A stretch of DNA of 64,000 nt, from contig JAFZXK010000012.1 of assembly GCA_017616785.1 (NCBI GenBank), positions 32,004 through 96,003 on the forward strand, given 5' to 3'. The notes below the pieces were generated by a model. That model did not search any database and was not told where the DNA came from. It worked only from the letters and a program-made list of their open reading frames with translations. Source of the stretch: Alphaproteobacteria bacterium (lineage in GTDB: Bacteria > Pseudomonadota > Alphaproteobacteria > Rs-D84). Of the stretch, positions 28,353-38,902 are shown in pieces; position 1 is the first letter of the stretch; every line of letters begins with the position of its first letter. Position numbers and translations under genes: made by a program.

Positions 28353-30962
28353 ATGGCTATGAATATTATTCAAAAAATATTGGGGTCGGCAAACGATCGG
28401 TTGGTGAAATCTTATGACAAAACGGTGTCGCTGATTAACGATTTGGAACCGAAATACCACGAAATGTCCGATGATGCGTTGCGTGCACAAACTGATGTGT
28501 TACGCGCGCGGCTACGGGGTGGCGAAAAAGAAAAAAATATACTGCCCGATGCATTCGCCTTGGTGCGCGAAGCCGCGAAGCGGTCAATTGGCCTGCGTCA
28601 TTTTGATGTGCAACTGATTGGCGGTATGGTTTTGAATAATGGGCAAATCGCCGAAATGAAAACCGGCGAAGGTAAAACACTCGTTGCGACATTGGCACTG
28701 TATCTTAAGGCGTTACATGGTCGCGGTGCGCATTTGATTACTGTGAACGATTATTTGGCGTCGCGCGATGCGAAATGGATGGGGCGTGTGTATGAATTCT
28801 TGGGGTTATCTGTCGGAATTATTCAGCATGATATGACCGACGAAGAACGGCGCGCGGCGTATGCGTGTGATATTACGTATGTTACGAATTCTGAATTGGG
28901 GTTTGATTACCTGCGTGATAATATGAAGTTTTCAAAAAGCCAACAGGTGTTGCGGCCTTTGTTCTTTGGTATCGTTGACGAAGTTGATAGTATTTTGATT
29001 GACGAAGCGCGCACACCGCTTATTATTTCGGGGCCGTCCGAAGATATAAGTGAACTTTACAATCGGGTCGATGCGGTGGTTGCAAAACTGTCGCCCGATG
29101 ATTACAAAAAGGACGAAAAGGACCGGCATGTTACATTGACCGAAGGCGGTGTGGATTCGGTGACGCGGTTGCTTGCGGATGCGGGACTTTTGGTCGGCGA
29201 CAACCTTTATGCGCCGGAAAATGCCGCGGTTGTGATGCATGTGCAACAATCGTTACTTGCGCATCATTTGTTCCAGAAAAATGTGAACTATGTCGTTCGA
29301 AATGGCGAGGTTTTAATCGTCGATGAATTTACTGGGCGCGTTATGACGGGGCGGCGGTTTGGACGCGGCCTGCACCAGGCGATAGAGGCCAAGGAACATG
29401 TCGCCGTGCAACCGGAAAACCAAACGGTATCCAGTATTTCGTATCAGAATCTGTTCCGGCTTTATGAAACACTTGCGGGGATGACCGGGACCGCAATGAC
29501 CGAAGCCGCAGAGTTCGAAGAAATCTATAAGTTGCGCGTTGTGTCAATTCCGACCAATCGACCCGTCGCGCGTGTGGACCATCATGACGAAATTTATCGT
29601 AATCGCGAAGAAAAATATAAAGCCATTATCAATCAGATAGATGAATGTGTTAAACGAAAACAACCGGTCTTGGTCGGGACCGTTTCTATCGAAAAATCCG
29701 AAGAGTTGGCGGACATTGTTCGTAAAAGGTTGAATATAAATCCGGCGGTGTTGAATGCAAAACACCATGAATCCGAGGCGAAAATTGTTGCCCAGGCGGG
29801 CGCACCGGGCGCGGTTACAATTGCAACAAATATGGCGGGTCGTGGAACCGATATTAAACTTGGTGGAAACGCCGAAGATTTAATTGCGGACTTGGATAAA
29901 GATGCGCCGGATTATGAACAGAAAAAACAGGAAATTTACAATACGATTGAAAAGAATAAAAAAATCGTTCTTGACGCGGGCGGTCTTTATGTAATTGGAA
30001 CCGAACGTCATGAATCGCGCCGTATTGATAATCAATTGCGTGGGCGCAGTGGGCGTCAAGGTGACCCAGGTGATTCAAAATTCTTTTTGGCGCTGGACGA
30101 CGATTTGATGCGAATTTTTGGTGCAAGTCGTTTAAGTGGAATGTTGACCACACTTGGTCTTAAACCAGGCGAGGCAATTACGCATCCATGGATAACCAAG
30201 GCGTTGGAAAAGGCGCAAAAACGTGTCGAAGCGCGGTATTTCGAAGCACGCAAAGAATTGCTTAAATACGACGATGTTATGAACGAGCAACGCGCCGTTG
30301 TGTATAAACAACGTGATGATTTGATGACATCAAAAGATTTGTCTGGGCTTGCCACGGAAATGATTGGCGATGTGGTTGAAATTATTTGCGAAAATAATAT
30401 ACCCGAAAAAACTTTGCCGGCGGATTGGAATATCAAGGGACTGCACGATGCAATGGTGCGCGTGTTCGCGTTGGATATTACCGATATTGAAAACTGGAAG
30501 ACCGATGAATCAATTACCGAACGCAGAGCATATGATACTTTGTTGCAACTGGCGATGCAGCGGTATCAACAGCAATCTGAAAAGTATGGGCTGGATATGA
30601 TGCAGGCGGCGACACGACAAATGATGCTTGGGGCGTTGGATTCGGTATGGAAACAGCATTTGCAACAAATGGATTACCTGCAGACCGGAATTGGTCTGCG
30701 TGGGTATGCCCAGAAAAATCCACTTTATGAATACAAGCGCGAAGCGCTGGGTTTGTTCAAGAACACAATAAATAACTTTAAGATAATGTCGGTTGCGTAT
30801 ATTTCGCGCATGGAATTGACGCGTGCGGATGTTGATGCCACCGAAAGAGAGCGCACAGAACATGACCAGGCGTTAAATTCGGCCGGCGATGCACGGCGAA
30901 ATGCGCCCTGCCCGTGTGGTTCGGGATTAAAGTATAAGCATTGCTGTGGAAAATTAAACTAA
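28353..30962 (+). CDS. secA: preprotein translocase ATPase SecA
   Basis: 869 aa. N-terminus LVKSYDKTV..., DEAD motor motifs, and the C-terminal zinc-binding tail CPCGSGLKYKHCCG. Confidence 0.97.
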   Translation: MAMNIIQKILGSANDRLVKSYDKTVSLINDLEPKYHEMSDDALRAQTDVLRARLRGGEKEKNILPDAFALVREAAKRSIGLRHFDVQLIGGMVLNNGQIAEMKTGEGKTLVATLALYLKALHGRGAHLITVNDYLASRDAKWMGRVYEFLGLSVGIIQHDMTDEERRAAYACDITYVTNSELGFDYLRDNMKFSKSQQVLRPLFFGIVDEVDSILIDEARTPLIISGPSEDISELYNRVDAVVAKLSPDDYKKDEKDRHVTLTEGGVDSVTRLLADAGLLVGDNLYAPENAAVVMHVQQSLLAHHLFQKNVNYVVRNGEVLIVDEFTGRVMTGRRFGRGLHQAIEAKEHVAVQPENQTVSSISYQNLFRLYETLAGMTGTAMTEAAEFEEIYKLRVVSIPTNRPVARVDHHDEIYRNREEKYKAIINQIDECVKRKQPVLVGTVSIEKSEELADIVRKRLNINPAVLNAKHHESEAKIVAQAGAPGAVTIATNMAGRGTDIKLGGNAEDLIADLDKDAPDYEQKKQEIYNTIEKNKKIVLDAGGLYVIGTERHESRRIDNQLRGRSGRQGDPGDSKFFLALDDDLMRIFGASRLSGMLTTLGLKPGEAITHPWITKALEKAQKRVEARYFEARKELLKYDDVMNEQRAVVYKQRDDLMTSKDLSGLATEMIGDVVEIICENNIPEKTLPADWNIKGLHDAMVRVFALDITDIENWKTDESITERRAYDTLLQLAMQRYQQQSEKYGLDMMQAATRQMMLGALDSVWKQHLQQMDYLQTGIGLRGYAQKNPLYEYKREALGLFKNTINNFKIMSVAYISRMELTRADVDATERERTEHDQALNSAGDARRNAPCPCGSGLKYKHCCGKLN

Positions 30963-30965
30963 TAA

Positions 30966-30990
30966 ATCCCCGATTTCGGGGATTTTTTGT
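30966..30990 (+). terminator. intrinsic terminator after secA (AAATCCCCGATTTCGGGGATTTTTT)
   Basis: 8-bp stem plus T6 immediately after the secA stop codon. Confidence 0.7.
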
Positions 30991-31055
30991 TGGGTAAATT
31001 TTATTAAATTATGTTATGGACGCGGGCGTAATTTTTTTGCTATGGTCTTGTTGTT

Positions 31056-34000
31056 ATGAAGGGCGAATTTATTCATCTTAGAACGCATTCGCGATTATCC
31101 ATTGGCGCCGGCACAATAAAGGTCAAGGAAATTCCAAAGTTGTGCGCCGAAAATGGTATGTTTGCGTGCGCGCTGACCGATACCAATATGATGTCGGGTT
31201 GTGCGGAGTTTTCTGATGTTATGCCGGCGGCAAAAATTCAACCGATAATAGGCGTTGAGATATCGTTGAATCATCACACGGCGGATCCAAAGATTTTGCG
31301 CGAATCATCATTATCCAAGATAGTTTTGCTGGCGCAGAATCATGCGGGGTATTTGAACCTTTGTGAACTTAGTCGTGTGATGTATATGCGCGAAGAAAAC
31401 CATCATTTGGGCCCGTATATAACTTTTGACGAGTTGCGCGCGCATGCCGACGGCGTGATATGTTTGTCTGGGGCGCATTTGGGGCCAATTGGTATGGCAA
31501 TTTTGAACGAACAGCGCGAGCTTGCGCGGGAATATGCGGGACGGTTTGTTAAAATCTTTGGTGACAGGTTTTATATCGAAATTCAACGACACGGGTTGGA
31601 AAATGAAATTAAAACAGAACCGACGTTCCTTGAAATCGCAAGGGATTTGAATATACCAATTGTTGCAACCAATGATGTTTGTTTTGCGAGGTCCACGGAT
31701 TACGAGGCGGCGGATGCGTTGAGTTGCGTGCTGGGACAAACCAAGGTTATTGACCCGGAACGGCCACGAAAGTCATCAGAGCAATATTTTAAGACGGCGT
31801 CGGAAATGTGCGATTTGTTTTCTGATTTGCCAGAGGCGATTGAGAATACTGTTCAAATTGCAAGGCGTTGCGCGTTTTTTGTAAATGTGCATGAAAAACC
31901 GCTTTTGCCACGGTTTGGTGATGATTTTGAATCGGAATGCCAAATGCTGCGTGATATGACAATGAAGGGATTGGCGGAACGGTTAAAGCAACAAGGAATT
32001 ACGGATACAACCGCCTATTTTGATCAGGCGAAATATGAGTTAGATGTTATTATTGGTATGGGGTTCCCGGGGTATTTCCTTATCGTTGCGGATTACATAG
32101 ATTGGTGTCGCAAGCATGATATTTTAACCGGTCCTGGGCGTGGTTCGGGTGCGGGATCTATTGTGGCGTGGGCGATGGGAATTACACATGTGAATCCGTT
32201 GAAATATGGACTGCTGTTCGAAAGGTTTTTGAACCCAGATCGTATTTCGATGCCTGATTTTGATGTGGACTTTGAACCGACGGGTATCGAACAGGTGCTT
32301 GCGTATATTTGTGATAAATATGGGCATGATTCTGTGTGTCGAATAATCACGTTTGGAAGCTTACAGGCGCGTGGTGCAATTCGTGATGTCGGACGCGTTT
32401 ATGGTATACCATATTCGAAGTCGGACCGACTTTCTAAGATGATACCAATGGATGCGAAGACATTAAAAGAAGCCATTGATACATCGCAAGAAATTCAAAA
32501 TGTGTTAGATACAGATTCAGATATGGACAAGGTGGTTTCCATTGCAGAAGAACTTGAAGGTGCATTCAGAAATCTTGGCCAACATGCGTGCGGGGTTGTT
32601 ATTGGGGACCGCCCGACAACAAAAATTGCACCGGTGTATCGCGATCCGGCCAATCCGTTGCCGTCGTGCCAATTTGATGGACATTATTTGGAATCGGCGG
32701 GGTTGATAAAGTTCGATTTTCTTGGGTTGGAAACATTGGTTGTGTTAAAATGTGCGACAAAACTTATTCAAAAAACGCGTCGTATTAATGTGATACTTGA
32801 TGAAATTCCCACAGATGATAAAAAGACATTGGAACTTTGGCAATCAGGTATGACCGAAGGTATATTCCAATTTGATGCGCCGTTTGTTCAGCAAACTTTG
32901 CGTAAAATGCATCCGACAAGTTTTTTGGAAATATCAGCATTAAATGCGTTGAATCGTCCGGGGCCAATTGCCTTTATTCCGCAATTTATTGCGCGTATGC
33001 ATGGCGAAGAAAAAATAGAATATGTTCATCCAAAGGCCGAACCAATATTAAAAGAAACATATGGAATTATCGTGTACCAAGAACAGGTTATGCAGTTGAC
33101 GCGGGCACTCGCTGGATTCACACGTGGTGAATCCGATACCGTGCGCAAGGCGATGGGTAAAAAGAAACTTGAATTATTGGCAAAGTTAGAGGTGAAGTTC
33201 CAAGAAGGATGCAAAAAAGAAGGAACTTTGGACGAAGCAACTGCCAAAGATTTATGGGAAAAGTTCAAAGAGTTTGCAAAGTATGCATTTAATAAATCGC
33301 ACGCAATCGCCTATTCTATTGTTGCAAACCAGTGTGCGTATCTAAAGGCGCATTATACGCCGGAATTTTTGGCGGCATCTATGTCCAGTAATATGAACGA
33401 TACGGATCAATTGTCTTTGTTTGTTGACGACGCAAAGTCCAATTTTGGCATTGATATTGTTCCGCCGGATATAAATAAAAGTGAATCTTTGTTCACGGTT
33501 GTGGATGGCAAGATTGTTTATGCATTGGCCGCGATCAAGGGGGTTGGTGTGGCCGCGACGGATGCGATTATTGCGGAACGCGCCAAGGGGCCGTTCAAGA
33601 ATATAACCGATTTTGCAAAACGCACAGCGCCGATAATAAACAAAAGAATCTTAGAGGCGTTTGCCAAGGTTGGCGTTCTTGATTCCATCAATCCAAATCG
33701 GGCAGAGATATTTATGAATGCGGATGCGATTTTGTCGTATGCGTCAAAGTCCAAAGAGACAGCGAATTCGTTATCTTTGTTTGCGAATACGGTCGAAGAT
33801 GATGTTAGTGAAGATCGACTTGCCAAAAATATGGTTAAAACTGCGCCGTGGTCGTTTGGGCAAAAGTTGGAAAATGAATTGTCGGCACTTGGGTTCTATA
33901 TTTCGGCGCATCCGTTGGACCAATATAGGCATTTAATAGAACGCGAACATTTGGCGACAAGTGCAAAGTTGGCGGAAATGCCCGACCGGGCAAATGTAAA

Positions 34001-34463
34001 GATTGCCGCAAATGTTGCGTCTTATTCGCGTCGTAAAACCAAAGCCGGTAAAGATATGTTGACCATAAATGCATCGGACAGTGGTGGTAATATTGATGCG
34101 ATTGCCTTTGGTGACGCGGTAAACGATTTGGTGCCGGTTGTTGCAACGGAAAATGCGGTTGTTTTGATGGGACGGTTGTCAAACAAGGATGATCGGGTTT
34201 CGGTGTTTGTGGATTCGGTGGTGCCACTTGCGGGATGGGTCGCGCAAATTGCAAAGAAAATCACACTTGATATTCGAAATAAAAATGTGTTGGTTGATGT
34301 TAAAAAGGCGCTGTCGACACTTGCACCCGGGCGGACCAAGGTTGTGTTGAACCTGTATTCTGGGGATAAAAAGACGACGCTTGCCATCAATGGCGGGGTG
34401 GAACTTGGGAAAAATACGGTCGCGGATTTTGCGGGCCTGGGGATAAAGGTGGATATAGAATAA
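31056..34463 (+). CDS. dnaE: DNA polymerase III alpha subunit
   Basis: 1135 aa. N-terminal PHP domain (FIHLRTHSRLSIGAGT...TDTNMMSG), polymerase core, and C-terminal OB region. Confidence 0.95.
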   Translation: MKGEFIHLRTHSRLSIGAGTIKVKEIPKLCAENGMFACALTDTNMMSGCAEFSDVMPAAKIQPIIGVEISLNHHTADPKILRESSLSKIVLLAQNHAGYLNLCELSRVMYMREENHHLGPYITFDELRAHADGVICLSGAHLGPIGMAILNEQRELAREYAGRFVKIFGDRFYIEIQRHGLENEIKTEPTFLEIARDLNIPIVATNDVCFARSTDYEAADALSCVLGQTKVIDPERPRKSSEQYFKTASEMCDLFSDLPEAIENTVQIARRCAFFVNVHEKPLLPRFGDDFESECQMLRDMTMKGLAERLKQQGITDTTAYFDQAKYELDVIIGMGFPGYFLIVADYIDWCRKHDILTGPGRGSGAGSIVAWAMGITHVNPLKYGLLFERFLNPDRISMPDFDVDFEPTGIEQVLAYICDKYGHDSVCRIITFGSLQARGAIRDVGRVYGIPYSKSDRLSKMIPMDAKTLKEAIDTSQEIQNVLDTDSDMDKVVSIAEELEGAFRNLGQHACGVVIGDRPTTKIAPVYRDPANPLPSCQFDGHYLESAGLIKFDFLGLETLVVLKCATKLIQKTRRINVILDEIPTDDKKTLELWQSGMTEGIFQFDAPFVQQTLRKMHPTSFLEISALNALNRPGPIAFIPQFIARMHGEEKIEYVHPKAEPILKETYGIIVYQEQVMQLTRALAGFTRGESDTVRKAMGKKKLELLAKLEVKFQEGCKKEGTLDEATAKDLWEKFKEFAKYAFNKSHAIAYSIVANQCAYLKAHYTPEFLAASMSSNMNDTDQLSLFVDDAKSNFGIDIVPPDINKSESLFTVVDGKIVYALAAIKGVGVAATDAIIAERAKGPFKNITDFAKRTAPIINKRILEAFAKVGVLDSINPNRAEIFMNADAILSYASKSKETANSLSLFANTVEDDVSEDRLAKNMVKTAPWSFGQKLENELSALGFYISAHPLDQYRHLIEREHLATSAKLAEMPDRANVKIAANVASYSRRKTKAGKDMLTINASDSGGNIDAIAFGDAVNDLVPVVATENAVVLMGRLSNKDDRVSVFVDSVVPLAGWVAQIAKKITLDIRNKNVLVDVKKALSTLAPGRTKVVLNLYSGDKKTTLAINGGVELGKNTVADFAGLGIKVDIE

Positions 34464-35308
34464 TGAAACATATTCCGGTGTTGTTGGATGCGGTGATGTG
34501 GGCGGCGGGCGATGTTCGGGACGCGCGTGTGTTGGATGCAACATTTGGTGCCGGTGGGTACAGTCGTGCGTTTTTGAATGCGGGCGCGATTGTTACCGCG
34601 TTTGATAGGGACCCAACGGTTGCGAATGACGCAAAGCAAATTGCCGATGAATTTGGTTCGCGTTTTCGTTTTATTCAGAAAAACTTTTCATCTATGGCCG
34701 AATTGAATGAAAAGTTTGATGTTATTGTTTTTGATTTGGGCATATCTTCGATGCAGATTGATGAACCGTCACGCGGTTTTTCCTTTCGCACGGATGCGCC
34801 ATTGGATATGCGGATGTCAATTGATGGGCCAACGGTGTCCGATATGTTTAATGTTTGGACGGTTGATGATTTAACAAAGATTTTACGCGATTTTGGCGAT
34901 GTTCGGCCCGCGCGTGCAATTGCGGCGGCGATAAAGAATAAAATGCCAAAGACGACATTTGAACTAAAAGATTTAATTCATAATCCGCGCGATATTGCCC
35001 CGGTGTTTCAGGCATTGCGAATTGCGCTAAACGATGAAATGGGTGAAGTTACACGTGCGTTGGCGGTTGTACCAGATTTATTAAATGTTGGTGGGCGATG
35101 CATATGTGTAACTTTTCATTCGGTTGAAGATAGAATTGTAAAGAATACTTTTCGTGAACTTTCGACGGTGGCGGGCGATGTCCGTATGCCGATTATTGAA
35201 AAACCGCGGTTCGAATTGATAAAGCCGCAAACGCCGACGAAAGCCGAATTGGAAAAAAATCCGCGTGCGCGCAGTGCACATATGCGTGGGGTTATAAAAT
35301 TGTGTTGA
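34463..35308 (+). CDS. rsmH: 16S rRNA (cytosine1402-N4)-methyltransferase RsmH (MraW)
   Basis: 281 aa. VLLDAV...LDATFGAGGYSRAFL SAM-binding motif, and the FHS.EDR motif (here FHSVEDRIVK). Start overlaps the dnaE stop by 1 nt. Confidence 0.9.
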   Translation: MKHIPVLLDAVMWAAGDVRDARVLDATFGAGGYSRAFLNAGAIVTAFDRDPTVANDAKQIADEFGSRFRFIQKNFSSMAELNEKFDVIVFDLGISSMQIDEPSRGFSFRTDAPLDMRMSIDGPTVSDMFNVWTVDDLTKILRDFGDVRPARAIAAAIKNKMPKTTFELKDLIHNPRDIAPVFQALRIALNDEMGEVTRALAVVPDLLNVGGRCICVTFHSVEDRIVKNTFRELSTVAGDVRMPIIEKPRFELIKPQTPTKAELEKNPRARSAHMRGVIKLC

Positions 35309-35368
35309 CCCGGGACTTAAGATTTTTGTAGCATGCAGGGAAGGATTATAAAATTTAAGGAAAGGAAA

Positions 35369-35917
35369 ATGAAAAATCGTTTGTATTTGGCGCTTTTTTC
35401 GTGTTTTTGTGCGTTGTGCGTTGTGTCGGCGGCACATGCGGTTTGTCCCGTTTGTACGATTGCCATTGGTGCGGGACTCGAAGGTATGCGTATGCTTGGG
35501 GTCAAAGATGTAATTACCGGCATTTGGGCGGGTGGCCTTACGGTTTCGTTGATTGGGTGGACGGCAAATTATATGCGGCGGCGTAATGTAACCGGATGGT
35601 TTTGGTATGTTTTGAACACCATTGTTTATATTGCGTTATTGGCAAGTGTGTATTTTATCCCCGTTGGTAATCCGGTTGTAAAATGGTGGGAAAATTGTAT
35701 GTGGGGAATGGACCAATTCTTGCTTGGGTCGTTGGTTGGTGCGGTTGTGTTTGTTTTGATGGAGTTATGGTATGCACATATAAAACGGAAAAATGGCGGA
35801 CATGCCCTATTCCCGTTTCAAAAGGTTGTTATGCCATTTGCGGGTTTGGTGTTTATGACATTGGTGTTTTGGCTGATTATAAAGGTTTTACCGACAATGG
35901 GTGTTGTGTTGTGCTAA
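35369..35917 (+). CDS. hypothetical membrane protein (signal peptide, CPVC motif, 4-5 TM segments)
   Basis: ORF begins at 35333, but the best RBS 'aaggaaaggaaaATG' supports a start at 35369. Hydrophobic segments throughout. Confidence 0.6.
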   Translation: MKNRLYLALFSCFCALCVVSAAHAVCPVCTIAIGAGLEGMRMLGVKDVITGIWAGGLTVSLIGWTANYMRRRNVTGWFWYVLNTIVYIALLASVYFIPVGNPVVKWWENCMWGMDQFLLGSLVGAVVFVLMELWYAHIKRKNGGHALFPFQKVVMPFAGLVFMTLVFWLIIKVLPTMGVVLC

Positions 35918-35943
35918 AAGAATTTTAATAAAAGGAAGAAAAG

Positions 35944-36525
35944 ATGAAAGAAAAAAAGATGTCTTTGGAAGAAATGGTGCGAAAAATCGATGATTCCAAA
36001 AAGGTGAATCCGCTTGATTTGTCGTCTGACCAGGATTTGTCTATCGCGTTGATGAACCTTGTGTCGTTGGAAGAACATTTCTTTTTTAGTGGCGCAAAAA
36101 CAAAAAAGTCCGGGTTTTATGATTTGATAAATGTGGTGCGGAATATGCGCAAGGAACTTATGGAAAGAATTGTTGATAAAAACAAACATGATGGGGCCGA
36201 AGTTTGGTGCATATCAAAGCACTTGTTGGCGGCGTCTATGCGTTTGTACGAGGTTGGAACCAAGGCGTTGGGCGTCGGTAACAAGGCGGATGCGCAGAAA
36301 ATGTTTGAAAAGGCGTATGAACTTTATTCGCTTTTTTGGGGATTGAATATGGATATGATTGATTTGGCCGGTGTGAAAAAAATGGAACCGGTTTTGTATG
36401 ATTCTGTTGTTAAAACGGATAAAAAAAGTGACAAGGAAGTAAAGGAAGAAATGGTAAAGTCAAAGTCAACCGTGCAGAAATTGGGCGATTGGGTAAAGAA
36501 GAAAGTAAATTGCTGTATCGAGTAA
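35944..36525 (+). CDS. hypothetical protein (193 aa, Lys/Glu-rich, no signal peptide)
   Basis: Good RBS 'aaaggaagaaaagATG'. No recognisable family. Confidence 0.55.
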   Translation: MKEKKMSLEEMVRKIDDSKKVNPLDLSSDQDLSIALMNLVSLEEHFFFSGAKTKKSGFYDLINVVRNMRKELMERIVDKNKHDGAEVWCISKHLLAASMRLYEVGTKALGVGNKADAQKMFEKAYELYSLFWGLNMDMIDLAGVKKMEPVLYDSVVKTDKKSDKEVKEEMVKSKSTVQKLGDWVKKKVNCCIE

Positions 36526-36532
36526 TTTTGGC

Positions 36533-36561
36533 TTGATTAAAATTTGTGGTTTTTTCTATAA
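36533..36561 (+). promoter_or_regulatory. consensus sigma70 promoter (TTGATT-N17-TATAAT) driving the large secreted-protein operon
   Basis: TTGATT at 36533-38, a 17-nt spacer, TATAAT at 36556-61. Lies ~37 nt upstream of the 36598 start and RBS. Confidence 0.6.
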
Positions 36562-36597
36562 TCACAAATGTATGGGGAGTGAATTTTGCTAAGAAGG

Positions 36598-38874
36598 ATG
36601 GGAATTTTTGCGGTTTCTATGCTTGCGGTCGTGGTGGCTGCGGTGGCTGATACCGCCCAAAATCCACGCGCATTATCTACTCAAGCTGACACAAAATCTG
36701 ATACAAGGGTATTATCAAGAACGGCGACCATGGGTGCGCTAACGCGGCGTGCAATTGGTGAAACGCGCGCGCGTACGGGTGCGACCACGCGTTTGGCGCG
36801 TGCAACCTCATCCGGCGGTACGCGTGTCGTAACCGATTTGGCGCATGTGTCTGTGGCACGTTCGGCAACGGCGCAAAAGTCAAACCCGCGTGGCGGCGCG
36901 CGTAGTGTAACAAATTCGGTTGCGGGGCTTTCACGTGCGGCAACGACGGCGCGTGCAACGGCGGTCTTTAATGACCTTGGCAAGATTGGATCGGGGTATG
37001 CGGCGTGTCGCGAATCGTATGCGACATGTATGGATCAAATGTGCGCCAATGCAAATGATACTTATCGCCGTTGTTTTTGCAGTGACCGATTCACAAAATT
37101 CCGCAGTGTGGAAGAATCTTTGGATGAAGCAATGATTATGTTGCAACAATTCCAAGATAATAATTTAGAGGTTATTGATAAAACCGCCGCTGAAGTGAAC
37201 GCTATGTATTCCGCTAGTATTGGTGAGGCGGCGATAAAAAAGGATACAAGTGCGTCGGCAAAATTGTTGGATAATATAAATAAGTTATTGTCGGGTGGCG
37301 GAACAAGTTCGACCGCATCCAATATGAATAATTCTATTGGAATTTTAGATTTGGATTTTTCGGTTGATTTTGACGATGTTTGGTCTGATGGTGGGTTTTC
37401 GTTGTTTGATACCGGTAATCAGGATTTGTCCACGCTGGAAGGAACGGCGCTCTTTAACGCGGCCCAGCGGCAGTGTACTCGTTTAACACAGAATATGTGT
37501 GAAAATAATGCGGCGTTCACCATGTCGCGCAGTTCGTATAATATATTGATAAGTCAGGATTGCAATACGTATGAAAAGGCGTTGAACAAGAAAAAAGAAA
37601 CCGTGGCCCAGGCGGTGCGGACGGCGGAAAAATACCTGCGTGAGGCAAGATTAGAGGAATACCGTGCGCATAATTCGATGGATGTGAATGAATGTTTGGC
37701 CAAGGTACGTTCGGCAATGTTGTCTGATACGGCGTGTGGTGAAAACTATAAACGGTGTTTGGACCCGACGGGTGCGTATATCGATTCGACCGGCGAGCCG
37801 ATTTATTCGCCGCGCTTGTTCCAATTGGAAAAGACGATAAAGTTACCGGGGGTTACGGATAACAATATAAATACAGATATATTGGGTGCGAATTCCGCGT
37901 ATGAAAAGTTCTTGGATGGGTATCGTGGGTATGTGACCCAACAACTTGATACTTGTCGCAGTATTGCGGATTTCGTTTGGACGGAATTCAAGCGTAATGC
38001 GGTTATCGAAATTGCCCAGGCACAGGCGAACAAGATAGAGGAAGTGAAATCGTCTTGTGTGGATACAATTGCAGAATGTTACGACGCGCAATCGCAATCG
38101 ATTATAAAGTTGGGCAGCAAGAAAACCGCAACTACCGCCGGTGCACTGGGGCGTTATACCGCGCGTGATATGTGCCAGGAAAAAGTTTCTGCGTGCGCGG
38201 CATTGTATAGTCGGGGCACTGGATGTACATTTGATTCAAATGGGTATTTACAAAATAGCACGGCGTGCGGCATGGAATCTTTGATAACCTATGTAAATAC
38301 GGTTGATGATTTGATGGTTGTGGAAAAGTGCAAGGATGCGGTTGATGAGTATTTAACCGAACTTTGCACGCCGGATGACGGAAAATACGAATATCCGTAT
38401 AATTGCAAGGGACTGACGACACAACGAATCAGAGAGTTGATAACTGGTTATGTAGAGTCATATTGCAAAAACCCGACAATGTCGGATAGCGATTGGAGCA
38501 ATAGTCCACTTAAAACACAATTGGATGCATATGCTACTTTGGCGATAGATGATATTCAGGCAGATATCAAGGCAGTGTTGGCCGATATTTGTGAAGATTT
38601 GGATGGGTATTGGTATGATAATTTGCAAGGCGAAACCCTGTTAAAACAATTTTATACCAAGGTTTATGGGGGTAACGAAGATACTACATGGGGATATTGC
38701 TATCAAAATTCGGAACGTATTGCGTGCGAAAATTACAATGTCGGCCATGCGGATGATCCGTTAACCGAATGGTATAATGGGCAATGTACGTTCTTTGATG
38801 CGTGGTATGAAATGAAATGTAAAGAATTGGATGGTTATTACGAAGGTGGCACGTGTTATGTGCCGAACGAGTGA
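36598..38874 (+). CDS. secreted Cys-rich hypothetical protein (ORF 762 aa from TTG 36586; ATG 36598 preferred)
   Basis: RBS 'aagaagg' 3 nt before ATG 36598. Signal peptide MGIFAVSMLAVVVAAVA. An Ala/Arg/Thr-rich disordered region, then a ~600-aa domain with more than 40 Cys. TGA stop codon. Confidence 0.75.
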   Translation: MGIFAVSMLAVVVAAVADTAQNPRALSTQADTKSDTRVLSRTATMGALTRRAIGETRARTGATTRLARATSSGGTRVVTDLAHVSVARSATAQKSNPRGGARSVTNSVAGLSRAATTARATAVFNDLGKIGSGYAACRESYATCMDQMCANANDTYRRCFCSDRFTKFRSVEESLDEAMIMLQQFQDNNLEVIDKTAAEVNAMYSASIGEAAIKKDTSASAKLLDNINKLLSGGGTSSTASNMNNSIGILDLDFSVDFDDVWSDGGFSLFDTGNQDLSTLEGTALFNAAQRQCTRLTQNMCENNAAFTMSRSSYNILISQDCNTYEKALNKKKETVAQAVRTAEKYLREARLEEYRAHNSMDVNECLAKVRSAMLSDTACGENYKRCLDPTGAYIDSTGEPIYSPRLFQLEKTIKLPGVTDNNINTDILGANSAYEKFLDGYRGYVTQQLDTCRSIADFVWTEFKRNAVIEIAQAQANKIEEVKSSCVDTIAECYDAQSQSIIKLGSKKTATTAGALGRYTARDMCQEKVSACAALYSRGTGCTFDSNGYLQNSTACGMESLITYVNTVDDLMVVEKCKDAVDEYLTELCTPDDGKYEYPYNCKGLTTQRIRELITGYVESYCKNPTMSDSDWSNSPLKTQLDAYATLAIDDIQADIKAVLADICEDLDGYWYDNLQGETLLKQFYTKVYGGNEDTTWGYCYQNSERIACENYNVGHADDPLTEWYNGQCTFFDAWYEMKCKELDGYYEGGTCYVPNE

Positions 38875-38902
38875 TAAAACCGGATAAGGAAAGGAAAGAA
38901 AA

